Shown: piece by piece, positions 34,361-42,560 of the stretch
Position numbering within the stretch: the first letter of the stretch is position 1
Layout: each line of letters opens with the position of its first letter
Assembly: GCF_001194135.2 (NCBI RefSeq)
Contig: NC_068993.1
Span: 1,567,642 to 1,610,201, forward strand
From: Octopus bimaculoides
Lineage: Eukaryota
Direction of reading: 5' to 3'
DNA length: 42,560 bases
The notes under the pieces: model-generated
Told to the model about the DNA's origin: nothing
Databases searched by the model: none
The model's input: the letters and a program-made list of their open reading frames with translations, nothing else
Program-made: the position numbers and the translations under genes

Positions 34361-35144
34361 AAAATAAGACTAGGTCGAAAATGCTAAAATAATTTTATCA
34401 TGAAGAACATTTTAGTACCAATTTCAGTCTTTGCGACTTTTTCAACTTAGAGTAAAGCACAAAAAGCAATTAAATTTTGGAAAACTATTAAATGAAATGT
34501 TTTTTAAAAACATTTCCATAGTTTTCAAATGCAAGGGACATTTTCCTATTTTTCTGTCTGTTCTATGTCTCTTTATTACTTACGTGAGTTCTTCGTAGCA
34601 GGTACCTGGTAGTAGTAATCTAATATTTGATATGTGTGTCTATGTTTTGTAAGTGCATGTGTGTGTATGGGGGAGAGCCTGCATTATCTGTGTTCTCTGT
34701 TCATACATGTTCGTTTATTTTGTTTTTATTTATTTGTTCATGTGTTTATACCTACTTTTTTTTCTTTTTTCTTGAGGGATACGCATGCGCAAATGTAGAC
34801 ACACACAATAGGAATACAAAATACAAAATGGCTGATCGTTAGCAAGGAGGGACACACATATAAGAAAGAAGAAAGCACAGGACCACTCATGAGGTCACAG
34901 AAGTGTGACGAAAGAACTCTGACCGAAATACAATTAATGTAATGTAATGTGATATAAAGCTGAAGCAAATTAACACCAAATATACAGTGCTTGTGTTTTT
35001 ACTGGCTAAACTGGCAACATGACCAACCCCATAAATATATATATATTAATATAGTATATATATATATATTAATATAGTATATATATATATATATATATCG
35101 TCCGTAAAATCCGAAAGAAGCACACTTTAATATGTAGAGCAGTA

Positions 35145-35212
<68 letters not shown>

Positions 35213-36521
35213 ACATACATATCTATATACATTAGAGAGAGAGAGAGAGAGGGAAAAGTAAACGTAAAACTGTGATCGGAAGCGACGAACCATCCTTCGC
35301 TTCGCTTTTTCAAGGCTGCTGCACGTATCAGGTTGACGAAATACGTTGCGATGAATAATATGCGTTTGTGAGAATTTTAGACTCTTTTAATAACTGTCAA
35401 TAAATGGAACCAGCATAAAGGTGTTGCAGGCGTAACCATACAGTCAGCGTAATGTTTGATAAATATATAATTTATCTAAAAATATTAAGCACTGATTGAT
35501 AGTCATGTCTCGAATCCATTTTCGTGTGGCGTACAATAAACCAAAACCAAAACATCAAATTAACACTTTCCTATCAATATAATCAACCACTTCGATGTTA
35601 TATCAATCGACAAACACACATCGGCTTTTATTCAGAAACCTTTCCAAATAAATTGTGAAATAACTTACATAGGCAAATAATTCCTACAGAACATGTATTC
35701 CACTCTCTGATATTGATTCATAAAAGTTGAAAAGGAGTGGTTATATGATCGGCTAGAAATAGCAGCCAAATTAGTGGCTTATGGCGATCTTGGTGTATAA
35801 TGTTTTCTTTCAGTATCGCTACTAATAATATTGCTACAGCAATAAAATTTTTCTAAAGCTATAAATAATTTTCGGAAAACACATTTTCCAATATTTAGTG
35901 TATTTAAAAGTTAATTAGATGTGTAGAAATATTAACAAATAATTAATAAAAGGTAACATTCCAAACGCTTTTGAGAATTCTTTTGTGACGCACCTGTTAA
36001 GTCGGAAGAATTCGGATATCGATCGTATANNNNNNNNNNNNNNNNNNNNNNNNNNNNNNNNNNNNNNNNNNNNNNNNNNNNNNNNNNNNNNNNNNNNNNN
36101 NNNNNNNNNNNNNNNNNNNNNNNNNNNNNNNNNNNNNNNNNNNNNNNNNNNNNNNNNNNNNNNNNNNNNNNNNNNNNNNNNNNNNNNNNNNNNNNNNNNN
36201 NNNNNNNNNNNNNNNNNNNNNNNNNNNNNNNNNNNNNNNNNNNNNNNNNNNNNNNNNNNNNNNNNNNNNNNNNNNNNNNNNNNNNNNNNNNNNNNNNNNN
36301 NNNNNNNNNNNNNNNNNNNNNNNNNNNNNNNNNNNNNNNNNNNNNNNNNNNNNNNNNNNNNNNNNNNNNNNNNNNNNNNNNNNNNNNNNNNNNNNNNNNN
36401 NNNNNNNNNNNNNNNNNNNNNNNNNNNNNNNNNNNNNNNNNNNNNNNNNNNNNNNNNNNNNNNNNNNNNNNNNNNNNNNNNNNNNNNNNNNNNNNNNNNN
36501 NNNNNNNNNNNNNNNNNNNNN

Positions 36522-36736
36522 AAGAAGTTGTCCAGTTCTTCTTTATGCTTCTCCGTTATCTTGCGCCAGTACCCTGCCATTAATACGGTTTGTGTTTTCA
36601 GTCTGAAAGTATTTAAGGCTTGTTTGATGGGATTCGAAAGCATATAGACTAAAAGAATGATTCCAAATAATATAAGGATGAACATGGCAAATGGATTTGA
36701 AGAAATCCCAGCGTCTGTAGAGTCTTCTGAAGACAT
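36522..36736 (-). CDS. METTL7-like copy 2, visible first 71 codons of exon 1 (the rest lies in gap 36030-36521)
   Basis: Same ATG context and N-terminus as copy 1 with 12 amino-acid differences in 71 residues; the intronic sequence beyond the gap (35625-36029) is homologous to copy-1 intron 26865-27477. Confidence 0.8.
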
Positions 36737-37034
36737 TTTGGGTGTGTTTTAAGAAGCAGAATAATCTTCAAAAGATATTTACAAAATTAGGGACAGCTTT
36801 TAACAGCGAACGAACGAACAACCGTTGAAAATTTTGAAAATGCAAGTTGAATAATGAAATGTAAACAAACAGTGAAATGTATGTTGCGTATGGCAGTATT
36901 GAAACGCGTCGTCTGCTCTATAAATTCTTCTTTTTTCCTTATGTGAACGACCGACGAAGGTTTGTTTACGAAAGAAATGCAGTCACTGTATTGACGACAC
37001 TAGTTGTTCTTTCTTATCGTCACTGCCTTCACAT

Positions 37035-37055
37035 GATTGGCGCAGCCAATGGTTG
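37035..37055 (-). promoter_or_regulatory. Paired CCAAT boxes (GATTGG + GCAGCCAATGGTTG) upstream of METTL7-like copy 2
   Basis: Same 14-mer as at 28486 plus an oppositely oriented ATTGG at 37036-37040; about 300 bp from the ATG. Confidence 0.5.
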
Positions 37056-37284
37056 CTGACCTCTGTGGCGGCGAGCAGCTGTCATGATTCCCTGTACAGT
37101 CGTGACTTGAATTATTATAATCGCATTAAACAGAGACAATGCACGATAAATACAACACGCGGAGAAATCATCAAATAAAGCTCTTCAGATGGAATGCGAC
37201 ATTGATAAGAAAATACTGAGAAGGAATAAATTAAAATGATTCAAAGCCGAAGTTTCGAAATATACACCCCCACCCTGCCTTTGT

Positions 37285-37313
37285 TGTTTTTGTTGTTGTT
37301 GTTGTTATTATCA

Positions 37314-37407
<94 letters not shown>

Positions 37408-37490
37408 CTCTTCATCACAGGCTTTGTTGGAATTCCTGGAGTCTTACATGCGTAACGGACTTACTATTGTTGTCATTACTGGTATCGGTG

Positions 37491-37542
<52 letters not shown>

Positions 37543-37562
37543 GTTGTTGTTGTTGTTGTTGT
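37285..37562. repeat. Long (TAT)n and (TGT)n microsatellites
   Basis: Read directly; these produce the poly-L, poly-Y and poly-C ORF artefacts. Confidence 0.9.
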
Positions 37563-37829
37563 TATCTTGAAAATTTCTTCGCCTACTCATGACAGTTCTG
37601 TAGAAAACATGTTGCTATCACATGTTGCCTCCGTGTACTGGCAAATGTTCAAATTTAAATATTTAGCATTTTCTTTCCTTTTCTTGTAATTTAATGCGAT
37701 TTCGGTGAACGGAAACAGCAGTGATTTTTACATTTTATTATTATAATTTTTTTTACTTATTTCGAAACCGTAAGTGGTTACAATTATGAAGAACAAAAAA
37801 ACTTTTTTTTCATTCAATTTTGTCTGGGT

Positions 37830-37903
<74 letters not shown>

Positions 37904-38300
37904 CATGAAGACCAGAGGCTTGGAGTGTTTTGGATTGCAAGAGTGTGCCGGAGAAATTTATGATGTTGTGAGAGAGAAGTGTGTTCGCATGGATGATAAT
38001 GATGATGCTGTTGATGATGATGATGATGATGTTTGAATACTGAATTTTTCTGCTCCATAACACATAAATCAGAGAAGTGGGCTATCAACATCTCTATAGA
38101 TTTCCTGAAGAATAAGTCCTAACCCTGAAATATTGGAAAATCAAAGAATGGAACTAAAAGTTGATGAACACCACCTATTAATCCCCTCCATTTTCTTATT
38201 GCTCTCTCTATATAAATATATACCCATGCATATATATGCATATATATATATATATATGTATTTATATTCACATATATATGTGTATATATAAATGTTCATA

Positions 38301-38627
38301 GTGAAGGCGCATGGCTCAGTGGTTAGAGCGTTGAGCTTACGACTGTGAGGTTGTGACTTCGAATCCCGGAGCGGGCTGCGTGTTGTTCTTGAGCAAGACA
38401 CTTTATTCCACGTTGCTCCAGTTCACTCAGCTGTGGAAATGAGTTGTGACGTCACTGGTGCCAAGCTGTATCGGCCCCTTTGCCTTTGCCTTGGATAACA
38501 CTGGTGGCGTCGAGAGGGGAGGCCGGTGACTCCTGGTCTTCCATAAACAACCTTGCCCGGACTTGTGCCTGGGAGGGTAACTTCCTAGGTGCAATCCCAT
38601 GGTCAGTCATGTCCGAAGGGGGTTTCA

Positions 38628-38630
<3 letters not shown>
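38301..38630 (+). mobile_element. Second tRNA-derived SINE family with a CORE/Meta-like central domain, inserted in a TA-rich tract
   Basis: A-box TGGCTCAGTGG and B-box-like CTTCGAATCCC, followed by GTTCTTGAGCAAGACACTTTATTCCACGTTGCTCCAGTTCACTCAGCTG; no tRNA 3' acceptor arm. Confidence 0.85.
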
Positions 38631-38678
<48 letters not shown>

Positions 38679-39566
38679 CACACACATATATATATTATTT
38701 ATATTATTATATGACTGAACGCTACGCATCCATTTCCAAGTAAGTTTATCTTAATAATTTTGATGCGACTCTCTGTACTGTTCTCTCTCCCCTTTCGTTT
38801 CCTCTCTCTTCCTTTTTCTAATTCTTTTTATCTCCCCTTCTCACCCTTTCGTTTTTTTCTCTCTCTCATCCTTTCTCTAATTCTTTTCCTCTCCCCGTCA
38901 CTATTCTCTATCTGTCCATCTCTCTTTCTCACTCTTCCCCCCTTTACTCTCTCGTTGCTCACACGTGACCACCGGCCATCTTTCTTTTCCAAACTCTAGT
39001 TTCTTTCTTTCCTTTTAATCTGCCACACAGACCACACGCATACTTCTCTGTCTCCTCTCCTATCTTTTCTCCTGTCAAATCTTGTTCCTCCAGTATTCAT
39101 AACTAGAGTCCGGAACTCTCGTAGGAAAGAAAAAATTCGCCACCGGGGGAGGTAAATGATATTTTGAAATGTTGTGTCTTTGGTTAAATTATAATCTCTG
39201 GTTTGAAACTCCCTTATTTGTCCGCTTTTCATTTTTTTTAAAAAATAAGATACGTTAAAAAAAATTAACTTTTATTTATAAATTTTATTTTATAGAATCT
39301 CAGATTTTTCCCCAAGTCACTGAGGTTTCAGCATGCAAGTCCTATAACTCGGTTAGAGATCCGATCACTGACTTACTGAGTTACGGAACTTACAGCGTGC
39401 CTCTTAAATTTCCTTCTACCTGATACAGCTCAACCCCCCCAGAAGTCACATGATGTCCCATAGATACTCGCTTCTTGAATTGTTGCATTTCAGAAAATAT
39501 TTCAGAGTCGACTCAAGACAATCTGGTCTTGAAATAGTCTTTTATTATTCCAATGTAGGAACATAA

Positions 39567-39601
<35 letters not shown>

Positions 39602-39689
39602 TTTCCCCCCCCTTTTCCTTGGGTTTCCACATAGACCCATTCCTTCCAATTTTATTTAATTCTCCCTAAGGTTTTCTTTTGTCATTTAT

Positions 39690-39892
39690 CTTTTACTTGC
39701 TTCAGTCATTTGGCTGCGCACATGCTGGGGCACGCCCCGAGGAAGTTTAGTCGAATCAATCGACCCCAGCCGTTTTTCCCCATTAAAGCTTGGTACTTAG
39801 TCTATCGTTCTTTGTTTTGCCAAAACCGGTAAGTTAAGTGGGCGTAAACACTCCAACACCGGTTATCAAGCGGTGGTGTGGGACAAACATGT

Positions 39893-39895
<3 letters not shown>
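39690..39895. mobile_element. Interspersed repeat ending in a (CA)n tract; a decayed relative lies at about 541-625
   Basis: TTTTACTTGCTTCAGTCATTTGGCTGCGCACATGCTGGGGCAC...ATCGACCCCAG...TCAAGCGGTGGTGTGGGACAAAC; recognised from memory as a common octopus repeat, not verified. Confidence 0.55.
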
Positions 39896-39942
<47 letters not shown>

Positions 39943-40030
39943 ACGTACGTAGGTACGTATGTACGTACCTATGTACGTACATACGTATGCATGTACGTAC
40001 GTACGTACGTATGTATGTTTGTATGTATGT
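39895..40030. repeat. (CA)n joined to a self-complementary (CGTA/TGTA)n tract
   Basis: Read directly. Confidence 0.85.
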
Positions 40031-40836
40031 TCTGCTGATGTGAATATCTCTTAGAAAATCAAAGAGAAAGAAGATAATTATGAACAACTGTTCCGAAACG
40101 TCCAGCCTCTATATCCGGATTACAAATTTACATTTATACCAATAATAATAATTGGAACACTTGGATTTGTAAGTAACTGCCTGACTGTCAGACTGGATAA
40201 GCTTGGATTTTCAGAAAAAGAAATCAACCAACTAACTTACATGTTACTTTTACAATCTGTAAATTATGCAAGACTTTTCTCAAGTTTAAAATGTGACATT
40301 GTTCTCGTTATATCTTGAAATTTGAAGAAATTTATCTCTTTTCAGATGTATGACGATGGAATGCCAAGGTGAAAAACAAAGCAATAAAAACGAAACAAAA
40401 TAAACAGAAAACAAACAAACCGAGAAGCAACAAACAAAACACCCCTATAATTTATAGGGTCTCTGAGACAAGTGGGAGGAGAAGGGGAGAAAAGGATGAT
40501 GGTATCCGCAAACAGACCTGGACCGAATACTTTCAACAAACTGCTAAAAGTATCCAGTATGCCATATAGTGGTATTGAACCAAGAGATGGGTTAACTCTC
40601 ACCCAGGGAGGTCATGGTGGGATTTGAATTAAGAAGGCAAAAAGTCAGAACAAATAGCATAAGGTATCTAGTCTCATGTGATTTCAGTTCCATGAATCCC
40701 TACGTTGGAATGGTACTTAATTTTAAAATCGATCCCGATTGGACGAAAGGCAAGGTTAACTTCGATGCTATTTGAACTCGGAGCATTGAGAACCAGAACA
40801 AATAATGGTTTCAAGTTTTACCACATGGGCAGCAAT

Positions 40837-41000
40837 TTTGGTGAAGGGGTCAAGTCGATTACATCAACCCCACTTATCGACCCCGAAAGAATGAAAGCAA
40901 AGTCGACCTCGGCGGAATTTGAACTCAGAACGGAGCAGCAGACGAAACACCGCTAAGCATTTCGTCCGGCCTGCTAACGATTCTGCCAGCTCACCACCTT
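40837..41000 (-). mobile_element. Well-preserved inverted copy of the same SINE family
   Basis: Reverse complement begins AAGGTGGTGAGCTGGCAGAATCGTTAGCAGGCCGGACGAAATGCTTAGCGG...GAGTTCAAATTCCGCCGAGGTCGACTTTG; further decayed copies at about 40540-40790. Confidence 0.85.
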
Positions 41001-41691
41001 AGAACCGAATCAAATAATGCGAAGCATTCTGTTCAATGTTATCAAGATTCTCGGACATAACTACTGTTTATTTCCTCATAGCTTTTTAAAAAAAATCTGT
41101 TTTTAACGTTGAGGCCGCGATCTGTTTTCGACAGTAATCTACGTGGATAACATTAAAAAAAAAAAAAAAAATGGAAGTGTTGCTGATCATTCTCTCGCCG
41201 TCCCGTCACTCATTTCTATAACTTAAAAAGAAAAGTTTTTTCCCGTTTTATTGTTTTCTTTTGAGATTTATATATGCTGAGGGCGATTTAGCTGTTACTT
41301 GTTACGTTTGGTTCAAACATCAACGATCGAGCGGGTATCTTGTGAGCAAGTGGACAAAGGGAGATAACTTAATGCTAACAACTTTTGCAGCCGTTTTCAA
41401 GTAGGAATTCCAGCAAAAATATTTCCACACCAGATGCCTTGTTGCAGGATTAAGTTTTATTAATACTTAATCGTATATACATATACATGACGTAGTCCTA
41501 GCTACATTTATCTCTAATACTCACTCTTTCTCTCTCTCTCACACATACACACAAAGAAATATAACGAAAAACAACTGCAGAAAAACCCCCAGAAAACAAA
41601 AGACCTCCAAGGAATCTCTTGTCTGTTTTGCTGCAGCAAACGACATACAACTGGTATACAACTCCGCTGATACGAACACGTTGCTTCAGAT

Positions 41692-41863
41692 ACTCTCTGA
41701 GTGGTTGGCGTTAGGAAGGGCATCCAGCTGTAGAAACTCTGCCAAATTAGACTGGGAGCCTGGTGTTGCCATCCGGTTTCACCAGTCCTCAGTCAAATCG
41801 TCCAACCCATGCTAGCATGGAAAGCGGACGTTAAACGATGATGATGATGATGATGATGATGAT
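41692..41863 (+). mobile_element. 5'-truncated young copy of the same (GAT)n-tailed retroposon end
   Basis: Differs from 30528-30698 by two substitutions and a 1-nt indel on visual alignment. Confidence 0.85.
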
Positions 41864-41950
41864 AGAATTAAAATTAAAACTCAAATTCAGCAATCAACTT
41901 TTTTTTACATACACATACATAGTTATAAATTCAATTTAAAATGTATATAT

Positions 41951-41985
41951 ATATTGGGTTGGTGCATAATTATTGCAGTTTTTGT
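41951..41985 (+). mobile_element. Solo mariner-type TIR (TTGGGTTGGTGCATAATTATTGCAGTTTTT) after a TA tract
   Basis: Resembles the Hsmar1/MADE1-type TIR as recalled; no partner TIR or transposase seen in the window. Confidence 0.5.
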
Positions 41986-42560
41986 TTCAACAAATTTTAT
42001 TCAGCAAGAACAATAACAATGTCTTGCAAACAACTCGCACATGCAAGTGTTACCAGTCGAGAACTCCACATACCGGAAGCCAGCAAGTGTTTGGAGTCAT
42101 CAGGAGAGAATGCATGCCGTTTCAGGGCCTACCTCTCGACGGCATCAATGCCCCCCACCACCTAACTGATATGAGACCCTGCTTGCTAGATCAGCTGGTT
42201 ATTAAAACAAAGCTCAATATTTCTCTAGCCATCGGCCATTTCTTTTGTGCTTATATTTCATGTTATTGATATTTTGATGCTTATAAAATATACAACATTC
42301 TCTATGATGCTTAACCTTAACTCTTCATTTAATGTGGATCAATAGATGTTTTCTGCTGGGATTTCCTGCCTAATGTGGCAGAAAAACTGCCAAAGGAAAA
42401 ACATTAATAAGTGATGAACAAAAAAAAAAGAAAAGATTCAATTAAAGTGGTTAAGAAGATGGGTTGTCATTATGAGGCCCTTGTGTGATTGATGGCGTTT
42501 GCTTTGTAAGCAAAGCTTGATAAGCATGGGTTATATATTTATGTGTATATATATATATAT

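Noticed and set aside
35625-36827. Copy 2 as a pure assembly duplicate of copy 1
   Set aside because: Twelve amino-acid differences, a ~240 bp intronic indel and different upstream flanks argue for a real paralog; uncollapsed haplotypes are not fully excluded without reads
38306-38375. tRNA gene
   Set aside because: A and B boxes are present, but the B box is imperfect, no acceptor stem closes, and the sequence continues into a SINE body
41050-41520. Promoter of a neighbouring gene (locally CpG-enriched)
   Set aside because: No exon, ORF or recognisable motif set supports it within the window

Overview
AT-rich, microsatellite-dense eukaryotic DNA from a draft assembly with five N gaps. The repeat families (tRNA-derived SINEs, GAT-tailed retroposon ends, RTE/CR1 LINE fragments) look like a coleoid cephalopod, probably Octopus; this is inferred from recalled repeat sequences, not from a database search. 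Genes: (1) the last 12 coding exons of a + strand CEP135-like coiled-coil centriolar gene (238-10769), reconstructed by hand with GT-AG sites and consistent phases. (2) A complete two-exon METTL7/TMT1-like SAM-dependent methyltransferase on the - strand (28239-27700 and 23901-23671, 256 aa). (3) A second, diverged copy of that gene's promoter, exon 1 and intron start at about 35.6-37.1 kb, with no recognisable exon 2 of its own. Mobile DNA: a full-length dead mariner with TIRs and TA duplication (14918-16189), further mariner/Tc1 remnants, a Penelope-like GIY-YIG remnant, RTE and CR1 fragments, many SINEs, and a 61-62 bp satellite inside a retroposon 3' end. Best leads: (a) a possible UGT1A-style locus with two variable first exons and one shared last exon, showing gene-conversion-like patches and a hypervariable N-terminal segment; (b) a palindromic tRNA-headed element carrying a minimal hammerhead ribozyme fold, sense-oriented in the methyltransferase intron; (c) a minisatellite that appears to be a 10-fold amplified 3' splice-site module. 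No prokaryotic system, CRISPR array, rRNA or true tRNA gene is supported.
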